A DNA stretch of 64,000 nt from contig CAKZPI010000032.1 in NCBI GenBank assembly GCA_937139155.1, forward strand, positions 44,969 through 108,968, written 5' to 3'. This document shows, piece by piece, positions 47,442-58,352 of this stretch (positions within the stretch are counted from its first letter, which is position 1; every line of letters starts with the position of its first letter). Both the position numbers and the translations under genes were made by a program. Below the pieces are notes generated by a model. The model was not told the origin of the DNA, made no database searches, and was given only the letters and a program-made list of their open reading frames with translations. Origin of the DNA: an uncultured Flavobacteriales bacterium (GTDB lineage: Bacteria > Bacteroidota > Bacteroidia > Flavobacteriales > JBLHRE01).

Positions 47442-47472
47442 AAAAAAAGAGGCGAATCTTCCGACCGCCTCT
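47442..47472 (-). terminator. Intrinsic terminator downstream of serA
   Basis: On the minus strand: stem AGAGGCG/CGCCTCT with an 11-nt loop, followed by T7. Confidence 0.7.
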
Positions 47473-47492
47473 TAAAATTCTCTGAAATTCAA

Positions 47493-48452
47493 TTACTGAG
47501 CATCACGAAACGAAAGGATGGCTTCCGCCATTTCCGTTCCAATTCTGGCTTGGGCTTCAACCGTTGCCGCTCCAATGTGCGGACTAAGGCTCAAGGCTGG
47601 GTTCATCAATACGCGCATGGCAGGTTTTGGTTCGTTTTCAAAAACGTCCAGTCCGGCAAAGCTTAATTTATCAGCGTCAAGGGCATCCAAAAGGGCATGC
47701 TCATCAACAACTCCTCCTCTGGCCGCATTGATTAAAACGGCACCGTCTTTCATCATCTCCATTTCTGGCTTTCCAATCACATACCCATCTTTTTGGGCAG
47801 GTACATGAAGGGTGACGAAGTCTGAAGATTTAAGAACCTCTTCCTTGCTTACGGTGGTAATATCAAAATTCAATTCTTGTCCGTCAAAAAACTCAAGTTT
47901 AATGCTGGCATTTTCCACAAATGGATCATGGGCAACAACTTTCATTCCTTGCCCGATGGCAATTCTAGCGACGGATTGACCGATTCGGCCAAAGCCAATG
48001 ATGCCCATGGTTTTTCCTCTGAGCTCACGACCCTTGGCATAGGCCTTTTTCATTTCCTTAAACTTGGTTTCACCTTCTAAAGGCATGTTGCGGTTGGCGT
48101 CGTGCAAAAATCGCAATCCTGAAGCTAGGTGAGCAAAAACCAATTCAGCAACTGAGTCAGAAGATGCAGCTGGGGTATTGGCTACGGTAAGTCCTTTTGA
48201 ACGGGCGTAATCAACGTCAATATTGTCCATTCCAACGCCTCCTCTTCCAATGAATTTTAGGCCCGGACAAGCATCAATAAGTTCTTTTCGAACGGTGGTG
48301 GCAGAACGCACCAAAAGGGCTGTATATCCTTCTTGGTTGATTACATTGGCCAATTGTTCTTGGGCAACCTTTTGGGTAACCACTTCAACTCCAGCTGATT
48401 CTAACTGTTCAATTCCTGAGGCTGCAAGCCCGTCGTTTGCTAATACTTTCAT
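47493..48452 (-). CDS. serA: D-3-phosphoglycerate dehydrogenase (short form) / D-2-hydroxyacid dehydrogenase
   Basis: NAD motif 'GIIGFGRIGQ' and catalytic 'ARGG..D' and 'PHIGA'. Adjacent to serC. Confidence 0.8.
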   Translation of the reverse strand: MKVLANDGLAASGIEQLESAGVEVVTQKVAQEQLANVINQEGYTALLVRSATTVRKELIDACPGLKFIGRGGVGMDNIDVDYARSKGLTVANTPAASSDSVAELVFAHLASGLRFLHDANRNMPLEGETKFKEMKKAYAKGRELRGKTMGIIGFGRIGQSVARIAIGQGMKVVAHDPFVENASIKLEFFDGQELNFDITTVSKEEVLKSSDFVTLHVPAQKDGYVIGKPEMEMMKDGAVLINAARGGVVDEHALLDALDADKLSFAGLDVFENEPKPAMRVLMNPALSLSPHIGAATVEAQARIGTEMAEAILSFRDAQ

Positions 48453-48460
48453 ATTGATTC

Positions 48461-49531
48461 TTATCCGTGTTTCTTTTCAAATTCTTGCATTACATCAACC
48501 AAGGCCTGAACTGAGTCAAGGGGTAGGGCATTGTACATGGAAGCTCTATATCCACCTACTGATCTATGTCCTTTCAATCCGTTGATCTTCGCTTCTTGCC
48601 ACATTTGGTCAAAAATCTCTCCTTTATCCGGGTTGGTCAAAAGGAAACAAGCATTCATATTTGATCGGTCTTCTTTGGCGGCTGTACCTTCAAAACAAGG
48701 ATTTCGGTCGATTTCGCCGTAAAGCAAATCAGCTTTTGCCTGGTTTCTTTCGGTGATCCAGGGAATTCCTCCGTTTGATTTTAACCAACGAAGGGTTAGC
48801 ATGGAAGCGTAAACAGCAAATACCGGAGGAGTATTGAACATAGACTCCTTTTCAATATGCACTGAATAATCAAGCATGGTAGGGATTCTACGGTTCACTC
48901 TACCCAAGGCATCTTTCTTTACAATCACCAAGGTGGTTCCGGCAGGACCCATGTTTTTCTGGGCTCCGGCGTAAATCATGTCAAATTTACTCACGTCAAT
49001 TGGGCGGCTGAAAATATCAGAAGACATATCGCAGATTACCGGAACCGAAGACTCAGGAAAGTCTTTTACCTGGGTTCCGAAAATGGTATTGTTTGAGGTA
49101 AGGTGAAAATAGGCCAGGTCTTTCGGAATCTCATATCCCTTTGGAATGTATGAGAAATTCTTGTCGGCCGAGCTAGCCAAAGAAACACCCCCCATGGGTT
49201 CAGCTTCTTTAAAGGCCTTTTTGGCCCAAGTACCGGTTACTAAATAGCCCGCTTTTCCGCCTTCAGGCAAGAAATTCATGGCAGCCATTAAAAATTGCAG
49301 ACTGGCTCCTCCTTGAAGAAACAATACTTCGTACCCATCGGGCACATTGAGAATTTCCTTTACCAAAGCCCTAGCTTCATCCATTACCGCAACAAAAGGT
49401 TTGCTTCTATGCGACATTTCGATGAGGGATAAACCCGAGTCTTGGTAGTTAAGAATGGCCTGAGCGGCCTCTTCAAATACAGATTGAGGAAGAATGCAGG
49501 GTCCTGCAGAATAATTGTGCACTTTGCCCAT
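48461..49531 (-). CDS. serC: Phosphoserine aminotransferase
   Basis: 'NYSAGP..LP', 'GGAS.QF', and PLP lysine region 'YAGAQKN.GPAG'. Confidence 0.9.
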   Translation of the reverse strand: MGKVHNYSAGPCILPQSVFEEAAQAILNYQDSGLSLIEMSHRSKPFVAVMDEARALVKEILNVPDGYEVLFLQGGASLQFLMAAMNFLPEGGKAGYLVTGTWAKKAFKEAEPMGGVSLASSADKNFSYIPKGYEIPKDLAYFHLTSNNTIFGTQVKDFPESSVPVICDMSSDIFSRPIDVSKFDMIYAGAQKNMGPAGTTLVIVKKDALGRVNRRIPTMLDYSVHIEKESMFNTPPVFAVYASMLTLRWLKSNGGIPWITERNQAKADLLYGEIDRNPCFEGTAAKEDRSNMNACFLLTNPDKGEIFDQMWQEAKINGLKGHRSVGGYRASMYNALPLDSVQALVDVMQEFEKKHG

Positions 49532-49626
49532 GACGAGAGCCTGTTTTTAAGGTTAAACTGGGGCCAAAGGTGGTAAATTTTCAGGGAATTAACTTGACCC
49601 CTTTTTAAGTCTATTTTATCCAGGCA

Positions 49627-50484
49627 TTAATTTTCGCCCAGGTTCCGAACGTCAATGTTTTCTTCAAAAATCCACTTTCCTTTTTTGTACTTCAAACCGT
49701 TGTAAGTGAAGTCAGGGCCGTAGTATTGATACATGCCCTCAGCTCCTTCCACGGTTGGCTGAAGGTTGTCCATCACAATCATTTTGTACCTAGGCTCATA
49801 CCTCAAAGTTGCAAAAGCTTTGGCTGAGTATCTTAGAATGTATCGGCAAAGGGCCTTTTCATTTTCCTTGATTTGAATCATAGGGTACCCAAAAAAGGGC
49901 TCATCAAAGGCGTCAAAAACCAAAACATCAACCAATTTTTGAGTTTCTGTGGCATCTTGCCCATGCCAACCTAGAAGGGTGTAATAATGCTTCCTTTTAC
50001 GCTTGTGATGAAGAACCTTGTAATAAAGAGCACCATACCATTGGTCGGTTTCCAGCACTTTGTCCATTGCTTGGCTTGTATTGTGTTGCTCAGGCTTTAA
50101 TTTAAGGTAATAAGGGCTTCCCTTTCGGGGAATGAGGTATAGGTAACCATTGTATTGGTAGCTGCCATTGGTCAAGGGAACTACCCATGTGTAAATTCTG
50201 AATTTATCGTTTGGAGCCCTGAGGGCCGAAAGGTTCTTTACCTGATCAAATTCATGGGCATATGAGGCATGGGATTCAAGGGCCCATTCCAGATAATGCG
50301 TGAATGAGTCATTGGCGGCCAACCGCTCTTGGTTGGTGCTATCAACCAGAATTTTTCCCCCAAAATGAGCCAGTTTAGACTCTAAACTGTCAAGCGAAAT
50401 TTGAGAAAATCCGAAGAGTGGACTCAGGAAAAAAGCCAAAAAAAACCCACGAATTACGTGGGTTTGTATTTTATTCCAATGCAT
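49627..50484 (-). CDS. Conserved hypothetical secreted protein
   Basis: Signal-like 'FFLAFFLSPLFGFSQ'. I chose the start at ATG 50484 to avoid overlap with the ferredoxin gene. No motif recognised. Confidence 0.45.
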   Translation of the reverse strand: MHWNKIQTHVIRGFFLAFFLSPLFGFSQISLDSLESKLAHFGGKILVDSTNQERLAANDSFTHYLEWALESHASYAHEFDQVKNLSALRAPNDKFRIYTWVVPLTNGSYQYNGYLYLIPRKGSPYYLKLKPEQHNTSQAMDKVLETDQWYGALYYKVLHHKRKRKHYYTLLGWHGQDATETQKLVDVLVFDAFDEPFFGYPMIQIKENEKALCRYILRYSAKAFATLRYEPRYKMIVMDNLQPTVEGAEGMYQYYGPDFTYNGLKYKKGKWIFEENIDVRNLGEN

Positions 50485-50488
50485 GAAA

Positions 50489-50836
50489 TTAAAGGTGTAA
50501 GAAGTCTTTTTTCTCAAGCAATTCTTCCTCGGTTTCAACATGGTCTTCATCAGGTACGCAGCAATCTACCGGGCAAACAGCCGCACATTGAGGCTCATCA
50601 TGGAAGCCTTTACACTCTGTACATTTATCCGTAACGATGTAGTAAACGTCATACGAACCCGGTTCTTGAGATTCATCTGCATCCGCGGTGATTCCGGTCT
50701 TAGAAGTTACCTTTCCGGCTAAACCGGTGCCTTCAGCAAAGCTCCATTCCTCACCTCCTTCGTAAATTGCATTGTTGGGGCATTCTGGTTCACAGGCTCC
50801 ACAATTAATGCATTCATCGGTTATCTTAATGGCCAT
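50489..50836 (-). CDS. 4Fe-4S ferredoxin (two cluster motifs)
   Basis: 'CINCGACEPECP' and 'CTEC......C..VCPVDC'. Confidence 0.85.
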   Translation of the reverse strand: MAIKITDECINCGACEPECPNNAIYEGGEEWSFAEGTGLAGKVTSKTGITADADESQEPGSYDVYYIVTDKCTECKGFHDEPQCAAVCPVDCCVPDEDHVETEEELLEKKDFLHL

Positions 50837-50910
50837 ATTCTTCAGTTTATATTGTCATATTTGCGGCTCCAAATATAGGCAAAACCATAGGGGAATTAAA
50901 AGAAAGAAGA

Positions 50911-51942
50911 ATGCGTGATACCCTCGTAAAATTAGGTAAGGTTTTTCAGGAAGATGAATCCTTTTTACAGGCCAATCCTCAAGTTTCTAAAGCCTTTGTG
51001 CTTTGGAAAAATGCTTGGCAATTGGCCGAAATCAAAAACAAATGGTTTACCCAAGAATTCATTCAGAAGGCAGTGCAAGACTGGGGACTGGCTTTGGCCG
51101 AGGAAAAAGTAGATGCTTGGCTTGAAAGGTATACCCCAAGCAAATCACCCAAAACCGTGGCACTTATTACCGCAGGAAACCTGCCTTTGGTAGGCTTGCA
51201 TGATTTACTTTCCATTCTTGCCTCTGGGCACAAAGCCTTGGTGAAACCTGCAAAAGACGATCAAGAACTCATGGAAAACGTCATGGCCTTGCTCATGGTG
51301 GTTAATCCTAGCCTGAAAGATCGATTGATTTTGGCCAAGGGAAAGATGAGCGATTTTGAGGCGGTAATTGCCACCGGTTCAGATAATTCTACCCGTTATT
51401 TTGAATCTTATTTTGGAGAGTTTCCGCATATTTTTCGGGGAAACCGAACTTCCTTGGCGGTTTTAACCGGGGAAGAGTCTGAGGAGGAAATGTCGGGCCT
51501 TGCCGATGATGTTTTCCAATATTTTGGGATGGGCTGCAGAAATGTATCCAAGGTTTTTGTGCCTTCGGGCTACGACCCCAACCAATTGCTCAATGCATTC
51601 CGGAAATACGAACACCTTGCAGATCACAACAAGTTCCACAATAATTACCTCTATCATAAATCGATTTTTGGAATGAACCTGGATCGTTTTCATGATTTTG
51701 GAATCCTTCTTCTACGGAAGGTGCCTGAACTTCACGCGGGTATTGCTACCCTTCATTACGAAGAGTACGAAAGTTTGGAGGCTGTGAACAAGCAAATTGA
51801 AATCATTAAAGAGGATCTTCAATGCGTTGCAAAGGCCCATCCGGAAAAAGAATATGAAGTGAAATTGGGAGAAACTCAAAGGCCCCAATTATGGGATTAT
51901 GCAGATGGGGTTGATACCATGAAATTCCTTACCCAACTTTAG
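50911..51942 (+). CDS. LuxC-like acyl-CoA reductase family protein
   Basis: Size and the motifs 'ITAGN.PLVG.HD' and 'GMGCRN' fit the family as I remember it for Flavobacteriia. Confidence 0.55.
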   Translation: MRDTLVKLGKVFQEDESFLQANPQVSKAFVLWKNAWQLAEIKNKWFTQEFIQKAVQDWGLALAEEKVDAWLERYTPSKSPKTVALITAGNLPLVGLHDLLSILASGHKALVKPAKDDQELMENVMALLMVVNPSLKDRLILAKGKMSDFEAVIATGSDNSTRYFESYFGEFPHIFRGNRTSLAVLTGEESEEEMSGLADDVFQYFGMGCRNVSKVFVPSGYDPNQLLNAFRKYEHLADHNKFHNNYLYHKSIFGMNLDRFHDFGILLLRKVPELHAGIATLHYEEYESLEAVNKQIEIIKEDLQCVAKAHPEKEYEVKLGETQRPQLWDYADGVDTMKFLTQL

Positions 51943-53363
51943 TCAATACGCTCGTAGCAGCCTATGTCAGGACCCGCATCTGCGGCTCGTGAGTCGCCCT
52001 TTAAATCAAAGGGAATGTCAAGGCCAATGGAGTTTAAACCTGCGTTTTGAGCAGGAGAAAGGGTGTCAAGTTGAAACTCATCCTGAAAGGGATCTTCAAA
52101 CTTGGGGTAAAGGTTGAAACTGGAATTCAAGAAACGGTTGGGGTCATTCCGGTCAAAATCTGAATCCACCTTAAGCATTGAGTTTTCAAAAACCGGATTG
52201 AATTGAGCATCCGTGTTTTCATCAAAAAACACTTCCCCTTCAAGGTTTCCCCATAGAATGCAATTCCCAAAATAAGCCTGGGTAAGGTCTCGGGTAATAA
52301 TAGCACCCTCTAGGCTCTCATAATAATTTTTCAAAATCACATTGGGAAATTTTCGAACCGAGGAGTTCCAGTAATTGGCAAAGGTGCAATGCTTAAAGCT
52401 GTATGATCCACCTAAGTCAAGCAAAAGGCTCAGGTCTCCACAATTTTTCACCAATAAATTTTCGCCTTCCAAATGGGTTCCCCGGCCAAAAATTCCAACC
52501 GAACTCATGTTTTCAATGATGGTATTGGTAACCTTTAAAGTGGGGGCCGTAGAATTGCCCAGGGTGTCAACCAATAGCCCAATGGTTCCATTTCGGATGA
52601 TGGTATAGTCAATGGTATTGTTTACCGAACCGGCAAAAAGCCAAATCCGATCCCATTGACCAGGAAGGTCTTCATAGAAAGGTTCTAAACGGTCTCCTTC
52701 CACAATGATTTCATTTCCCAATTCCCCATCCATGGTGAGAGTCCCAGCGGTATTGACAATAAGTCCGGATTGATCATGGAAATGCATTCGGGTTCCAGGG
52801 TCTACGGTTAGGGAGCAACTCGAATCAACCACAGCATAACCATAAAAAACATTGGGCTTGTCATTGGGCAAGGTGAAATTGCAAGGCAAGAGATAGGCAT
52901 TGCCACCCGGCGGGGGTGCATAGAAATACGCGTCCTGCCCCCAAGCCACAAGGTCTACATCCTGCATTCCATCATCCCTGTAAAACCGAATCGAGTCAGT
53001 AACAATTAAGGGATTGTTTTGATTGGTAGGGTCTACGGTTACGTCTACAAAAATGTAAAGGCTATCACCAGCTTCAAGTTCGTAGTCTTCGAATGAATTT
53101 CCTGGAATCCCATCAATATTCAATCGGAAAAAGGATTGGTTTCCCCCGGCAAGTTCTATTTTTGCAATCCTGATTTTTTCATCGGTGGGATTTTTTACCC
53201 GAAGCGACCGAGTGGAAGACCCCAAGGTGGTAAACACGGTGTCAAACATGACCGTATCGGTTGAAAAACTGAGGGTGTAACCAGAAGAAATCAGGTCATC
53301 GGGCTTTTTGCAAGCCTGAAAAACTAGAATAGCTAGTCCGAAAAGAAGGAGTATTTTTTTCAT
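51939..53363 (-). CDS. Lipoprotein with predicted right-handed beta-helix repeats
   Basis: Lipobox 'LVFQAC'. The C-terminal 'GPDIGCYE' ending is typical of parallel beta-helix proteins. I chose the start at ATG 53363. Confidence 0.5.
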   Translation of the reverse strand: MKKILLLFGLAILVFQACKKPDDLISSGYTLSFSTDTVMFDTVFTTLGSSTRSLRVKNPTDEKIRIAKIELAGGNQSFFRLNIDGIPGNSFEDYELEAGDSLYIFVDVTVDPTNQNNPLIVTDSIRFYRDDGMQDVDLVAWGQDAYFYAPPPGGNAYLLPCNFTLPNDKPNVFYGYAVVDSSCSLTVDPGTRMHFHDQSGLIVNTAGTLTMDGELGNEIIVEGDRLEPFYEDLPGQWDRIWLFAGSVNNTIDYTIIRNGTIGLLVDTLGNSTAPTLKVTNTIIENMSSVGIFGRGTHLEGENLLVKNCGDLSLLLDLGGSYSFKHCTFANYWNSSVRKFPNVILKNYYESLEGAIITRDLTQAYFGNCILWGNLEGEVFFDENTDAQFNPVFENSMLKVDSDFDRNDPNRFLNSSFNLYPKFEDPFQDEFQLDTLSPAQNAGLNSIGLDIPFDLKGDSRAADAGPDIGCYERID

Positions 53364-53442
53364 TCGGGGCAAATATACTAGCTGATACGTGAAAAAGTAG
53401 AAATTATTTTGTTTCATGCTTTGGTGGTGCAAATATTCGTCT

Positions 53443-53450
53443 TATTTTTG
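53443..53450 (+). promoter_or_regulatory. Bacteroidota-type promoter for rpmE2 (-7 TATTTTTG; -33 TTTG at 53420-53423)
   Basis: Exact TAnnTTTG match with a TTTG 19 bp upstream. Followed by GCACTCC, as at the rpsA promoter. Confidence 0.5.
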
Positions 53451-53480
53451 CACTCCAAAATTTTTAAGGCAGAACCTGTC

Positions 53481-53732
53481 ATGAGAAAAGACATACATCC
53501 AGAGAATTACAGATTGGTAGCATTTCGCGACATGTCAAATGGCGAGACTTGGATTACCAAGTCATGCGCAGAGGCTCGCGAGACTGAAACCATTGACGGC
53601 GTTGAGTACCCATTGGTGAAATTGGAGATTTCTTCACATTCACATCCATTTTACACAGGTAAGATGAAATTGGTTGACTCTGCGGGTCGAGTTGATAAGT
53701 TCCGCAACCGGTACTCCAAATTCAAGAAATAA
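53481..53732 (+). CDS. rpmE2: 50S ribosomal protein L31, type B (non-zinc)
   Basis: 'MRKDIHPE', 'HPFYTGK' and 'GRV.KF..RY'. Lacks the CxxC pair. I chose the start at ATG 53481. Confidence 0.9.
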   Translation: MRKDIHPENYRLVAFRDMSNGETWITKSCAEARETETIDGVEYPLVKLEISSHSHPFYTGKMKLVDSAGRVDKFRNRYSKFKK

Positions 53733-53753
53733 GATATTCTTCATATCCCATTG

Positions 53754-53789
53754 AAGGCTGTTTCAGAAATTCTGATTCAGCCTTTTTTT
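53754..53789 (+). terminator. Intrinsic terminator after rpmE2
   Basis: AAGGCTG/CAGCCTT outer stem plus TCAGA/TCTGA inner stem, then T7. Confidence 0.8.
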
Positions 53790-53842
53790 GTTGGTTGATT
53801 TTTCAAGCTTTCTCTTAGATTTGCCTACCTAATTTTCTAGCT

Positions 53843-55009
53843 ATGAACTTGGTATTATTTGACGGTAAAGACCGTGACGAACTTCTTCCTTTGGTTTTTC
53901 ATTGCAGCATTTCAGACCTGCGGGTGGGCATTGATACCCTTCGTGAAAAATGGGAGAACCAATGGAATGGGAAGGTATTCTGCCAGGTTCCAGATTACCT
54001 TGGCGGGAAATATCCTGCCCTTCCTGACGGAGAAGTGGTTTATGTCTATGCAGGAGTAGTGCCAAATCCTGAGTTCATTCAAGCCTTAATGGGTCTCAAG
54101 CTAGGGGCCAGGGTTTACAAGGATGGAAAATGCATTGCCGCCAAATTGTCAGGAGAATTTCAGGATTCGGAAAGTTCTGACAAGTCAAATAAGTTCGAAA
54201 AGGAATTGCTGGTGATTCGTAAGCCTTGGGATGTATTCAAAATGAATGATCAGGTTTTAAAAGCCGATTTTCACCGAATAACCATGGGTAGAAAATCCAA
54301 TCCCATTCCTGGTTCAAATACATGCATTGGGGAAGATATTTTTCTGGAGGAAGGCGCCAAGGTGGAAGCATCCATTTTAAATGCTAGTTCCGGCCCCATT
54401 TACCTTGGTAAGAATGCGGAAATCATGGAGGGCTCTATGGTTCGAGGTGGGTTGGCACTTTGCGAAAGTGCAGTTTTAAAACTAGGCACCAAGATTTATG
54501 GGGCAACCACCATTGGGCCATTTTCCAAAGTTGGAGGCGAGGTAAATAACTCGGTAATCCGGGGCTATTCAAACAAAGGTCATGACGGGTTTTTAGGAAA
54601 TTCGGTCTTGGGAGAATGGTGCAATCTCGGGGCAGATACCAACAATTCAAACCTGAAAAATAATTACAGCAGCATTAAGGTTTACTCTTATGCGTCCAAT
54701 GATTACCAGAACACAGGACTTCAATTCTGCGGTTTGATCATGGGCGACCACTCTAAGACCGGAATCAATACCATGTTGAATACAGGTACTGTGGTTGGTT
54801 CAAATGCAAACATCTTCGGAGGAGGTTTCCCGCCCAAGCACATCCCTTCCTTTTCATGGGGGGGAGCAGACGGAATGGTTCCATTTAATCTAGACAAGGC
54901 CAAAGAAGTGGCCACCAGAATGATGGAGCGTAGAGGCATTCAATTTGATGAGCATGAAAACCATGTATTTGAATACCTTTTTCAAGAAACCGAATCCGAT
55001 AGAAACTGA
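53843..55009 (+). CDS. Putative sugar nucleotidyltransferase/acyltransferase (GlmU-like, left-handed beta-helix)
   Basis: N-terminal 'LVLFDG..R..LLPL' and C-terminal hexapeptide repeats ('GKNAEIMEGSMVRGG', 'GNSVLGEWCNLGA'). Confidence 0.6.
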   Translation: MNLVLFDGKDRDELLPLVFHCSISDLRVGIDTLREKWENQWNGKVFCQVPDYLGGKYPALPDGEVVYVYAGVVPNPEFIQALMGLKLGARVYKDGKCIAAKLSGEFQDSESSDKSNKFEKELLVIRKPWDVFKMNDQVLKADFHRITMGRKSNPIPGSNTCIGEDIFLEEGAKVEASILNASSGPIYLGKNAEIMEGSMVRGGLALCESAVLKLGTKIYGATTIGPFSKVGGEVNNSVIRGYSNKGHDGFLGNSVLGEWCNLGADTNNSNLKNNYSSIKVYSYASNDYQNTGLQFCGLIMGDHSKTGINTMLNTGTVVGSNANIFGGGFPPKHIPSFSWGGADGMVPFNLDKAKEVATRMMERRGIQFDEHENHVFEYLFQETESDRN

Positions 55010-55089
55010 CAAAGTTTCCTGATTCATCCTTTGGCATGCTCATTGACCTGTTAGGGGAACCACCAATAATTTGATCGAATTAAAAAAGC

Positions 55090-57558
55090 ATGAATTCAGA
55101 TTCTTTCTTTGGAGACAATTTAGGTTTCCAACAAATCATAGATGAAGACACCGAGTTTATTCCCTTGATGACTGACGACGATGAAGATCGTATGAACAAG
55201 TCGGATGTACCCGATGAGCTTCCCATACTGCCTTTACGAAACACAGTCCTTTTTCCAGGGGTGGTGATACCCATTACCGTTGGCCGGGATAAGAGCATTA
55301 AGCTGATTAAGGATGCTAACAATGGGTCTAAAATGATTGGGGTGGTCTCTCAAAAAAATGGCCAAGAAGAAGACCCCAATCCTCAAGATCTTCACAAAGT
55401 TGGAACTGTTGCTCGTATTCTAAGAATCTTTAGAATGCCCGATGGAAATACCACGGTAATCATTCAAGGAAACAAAAGGTTTGAAGTTCAAGAATTCGTT
55501 TCGGTAGATCCTTATTTCAGAGCCAGGGTTCAAACCCTTGAAGACGATAAAACCGGCATTGAATTGGGCGAGTTTCAGGCTGTAGTGGCCTCTCTTAAAG
55601 ATTTAGCCCTTCAAATCATTAAGGAGTCTCCGAACATTCCCTCTGAGGCTTCCTTCGCCATTAAAAACATTGAGAATACCAGTTTCCTGGTAAACTTCAT
55701 CTCTTCAAACATGAACCTTGACGTTCCAGAAAAGCAGTCGATGCTTGAAATGAACGATTTGGTTCTTCGGTCTAAAGAAGCCCTAAAACACCTTACTCAA
55801 GAATTGAAACTTCTGGAAATGAAGAATGAGATTCAGGATAAGGTACGGGTTGATATGGACCAACAGCAGAGAGAGTATTTCTTGAACCAGCAGCTGAAAA
55901 CCATTCAGGAGGAGTTGGGCCACAATACCTACGAGGAAGACCTCGAGGAAATGAAGAAAAAGGCCAAGGCTAAAAAATGGACCAAAGAGGTTGGCGAACT
56001 TTTCGAAAAGGAAATGGGTCGCCTTCAGCGGATGAATCCACAAGTTGCTGAATATACTGTACAAAGGAATTATTTGGAGCTTCTTTTGGAGCTTCCATGG
56101 GGTGAATTCACCAAAGATAAATTCGACCTAAAAAGGGCCAAGAAAATTCTAGATCGCGATCATTTCGGACTGGAAGAAGTTAAGGAGCGCATCCTTGAGC
56201 ATCTAGCCGTTTTGAAGATTCGAGGCGATATGCGTTCTCCTATTATTTGCTTGTACGGACCTCCCGGGGTGGGGAAAACCTCTCTGGGTAAATCCATTGC
56301 TGAGGCCTTGGGTAGAAAATACATCCGCATGAGTTTAGGCGGAATGCGCGATGAAGCAGAGGTAAGAGGGCATCGGAAAACCTATATTGGAGCCATGCCT
56401 GGAAGGATTATTCAAAACCTGAGAAAGGCTGAATCTTCCAATCCGGTTTTTGTCTTGGATGAAATTGATAAGCTTACCAAAGACGCACATGGCGATCCTT
56501 CATCGGCCATGCTTGAGGTTCTAGACCCTCAACAAAACGACACCTTCTATGATAATTACCTTGAAACCGGTTACGATTTATCAAAGGTATTGTTCATTGC
56601 TACGGCCAATAACCTTAATGCCATTCATCCTGCTCTTAGAGACCGGATGGAAATCATTGACATTACAGGTTATACCCAAGAGGAAAAGGTTGAGATTGCC
56701 AAAAGGCATCTTCTTCCAAAACAGCTTAAAGAACACGGCCTGACCAAGGATGATTTGAAAATTGGCAAACGTGAATTGGAGTTTGTGATTGATGGTTATA
56801 CCCGAGAATCAGGAGTACGCGGATTGGATAAGAAAATTGCCAAATTGGTTCGGTATGCCGCAAAGTCAATTGCCATGGAGGAAGAGTATACTGTGAAGCT
56901 AAACAAAGCCGATGTTGAAAAGGTGCTCAAGGCTCCTAGGCTTGAAAGAACCCGTTACCAAGGAAATGATGTAGCTGGGGTGGTTACAGGTTTGGCCTGG
57001 ACCCCCGTGGGAGGTGATATCTTATTTATAGAGTCAAGTTTAAGCCAAGGAAAAGGAAAACTTACGGTTACCGGTAACCTAGGTTCGGTAATGAAAGAAT
57101 CGGCCATTATCGCCATGGAGTATTTGAAATCTCATTGCGATGAATGGAATCTTGATCCGAGGGTCTTTGATCAATGGAATGTGCATATTCACGTGCCAGA
57201 AGGAGCCACTCCTAAAGATGGTCCCTCTGCCGGAATTACCATGTTAACCTCACTTGCCTCTTTGTTCTCTCAAAGAAAAGTGAAGCAGAACTTAGCCATG
57301 ACCGGAGAGATTACGCTACGAGGAAAGGTTCTACCTGTGGGCGGAATCAAAGAGAAGATTCTTGCTGCAAAACGGGCGGATATTAAAGAAATCATCCTCT
57401 GCGAGCAGAATAAGAAAGATGTTGAAGAAATTAAGGAAGACTACCTAAAGGGCTTGAAAATCCATTATGTGGATAAAATGGCCGAAGTCTTAAGTATTGG
57501 TTTGCTGAAAGATAAGGTGAAAAACCCTAGAAATCTTACCTTAAATTTAAAGGATTGA
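55090..57558 (+). CDS. lon: ATP-dependent Lon protease
   Basis: LON N-domain, Walker A 'GPPGVGKTS', Walker B 'VLDEIDK', and catalytic 'KDGPSAG' with the '...K' dyad. Confidence 0.95.
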   Translation: MNSDSFFGDNLGFQQIIDEDTEFIPLMTDDDEDRMNKSDVPDELPILPLRNTVLFPGVVIPITVGRDKSIKLIKDANNGSKMIGVVSQKNGQEEDPNPQDLHKVGTVARILRIFRMPDGNTTVIIQGNKRFEVQEFVSVDPYFRARVQTLEDDKTGIELGEFQAVVASLKDLALQIIKESPNIPSEASFAIKNIENTSFLVNFISSNMNLDVPEKQSMLEMNDLVLRSKEALKHLTQELKLLEMKNEIQDKVRVDMDQQQREYFLNQQLKTIQEELGHNTYEEDLEEMKKKAKAKKWTKEVGELFEKEMGRLQRMNPQVAEYTVQRNYLELLLELPWGEFTKDKFDLKRAKKILDRDHFGLEEVKERILEHLAVLKIRGDMRSPIICLYGPPGVGKTSLGKSIAEALGRKYIRMSLGGMRDEAEVRGHRKTYIGAMPGRIIQNLRKAESSNPVFVLDEIDKLTKDAHGDPSSAMLEVLDPQQNDTFYDNYLETGYDLSKVLFIATANNLNAIHPALRDRMEIIDITGYTQEEKVEIAKRHLLPKQLKEHGLTKDDLKIGKRELEFVIDGYTRESGVRGLDKKIAKLVRYAAKSIAMEEEYTVKLNKADVEKVLKAPRLERTRYQGNDVAGVVTGLAWTPVGGDILFIESSLSQGKGKLTVTGNLGSVMKESAIIAMEYLKSHCDEWNLDPRVFDQWNVHIHVPEGATPKDGPSAGITMLTSLASLFSQRKVKQNLAMTGEITLRGKVLPVGGIKEKILAAKRADIKEIILCEQNKKDVEEIKEDYLKGLKIHYVDKMAEVLSIGLLKDKVKNPRNLTLNLKD

Positions 57559-57602
57559 AAAAATTTTTTGTTTCTTTCCACCCTTAACCAATCATTGCTG
57601 CC

Positions 57603-58235
57603 ATGCGCGAATTAAGAATTACACTTTTAGCTTTAGTCGGATTTGGTCTTATGGCTTCGGCTCAGACAAATACCACAACATCTGATGATGACTATTATGT
57701 TCAGAGAAGAAACATCCTAGGCTTAAGCCCGATGCACTTCTTTGACGAGACTCTTTTTGTGACCTACGAAAGGCTTCATCAAAATGATCAAGGAACCATG
57801 TTCCAAGCAGGTTTTACCCTATTTGAAGATGGGAGCAACCAACGCCTTGGAACCACTTTTGAACTCCAACAAAGGTTCTACCTTTTCGGAAATGACTGGA
57901 GTCCTTCACAACGAACAGGGAATTTTGACGGGGTTTACTTCGCCATTTTCGCAAAATCCCGGAACCTGAGGGAAACGGCACTGGAAACTGTCTACAATCC
58001 AGACACGGAAACGGACGAGCAACAAGTAATCGACGAAGAGATTTTCGGCCATGTTTCAGGAGGAGTTTTAGCCGGCTTGCGCTTGATTTATTACGATCGC
58101 TTTTTCGTTGACCTTTATGCAGGGGGCGGTTTGCAATATGCTTACCGAAATGGAAACGGAGACAATCAGGTATTTAGTCCTGGTTATACCGGAGTAACTC
58201 CTCACGGAGGTTTTCAAATTGGGTTTAGCTTCTAA
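57603..58235 (+). CDS. Putative outer-membrane beta-barrel protein
   Basis: Signal peptide, alternating amphipathic strands, and C-terminal 'FQIGFSF'. Confidence 0.5.
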   Translation: MRELRITLLALVGFGLMASAQTNTTTSDDDYYVQRRNILGLSPMHFFDETLFVTYERLHQNDQGTMFQAGFTLFEDGSNQRLGTTFELQQRFYLFGNDWSPSQRTGNFDGVYFAIFAKSRNLRETALETVYNPDTETDEQQVIDEEIFGHVSGGVLAGLRLIYYDRFFVDLYAGGGLQYAYRNGNGDNQVFSPGYTGVTPHGGFQIGFSF

Positions 58236-58260
58236 AGAAACCTAGAAATAATTTACAGAA

Positions 58261-58288
58261 GGGCTGGTTTAATTACCGGCCCTTTTTT
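58261..58288 (+). terminator. Intrinsic terminator
   Basis: 8-bp stem GGGCTGGT/ACCGGCCC (one G-U pair), 6-nt loop, then T6. Confidence 0.7.
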
Positions 58289-58352
58289 GTTTTTTAAAGA
58301 TTCATACAATTTTTTTCCGCTCTTGTGGTTTCAATTTGCATATTGCGTGCTC

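Noticed and set aside
57559-57585. A6/T6 palindrome (GAAAAAATTTTTTG) after lon as a possible terminator
   Set aside because: The stem would be AT-only with no loop and no GC clamp. That is too weak to call.
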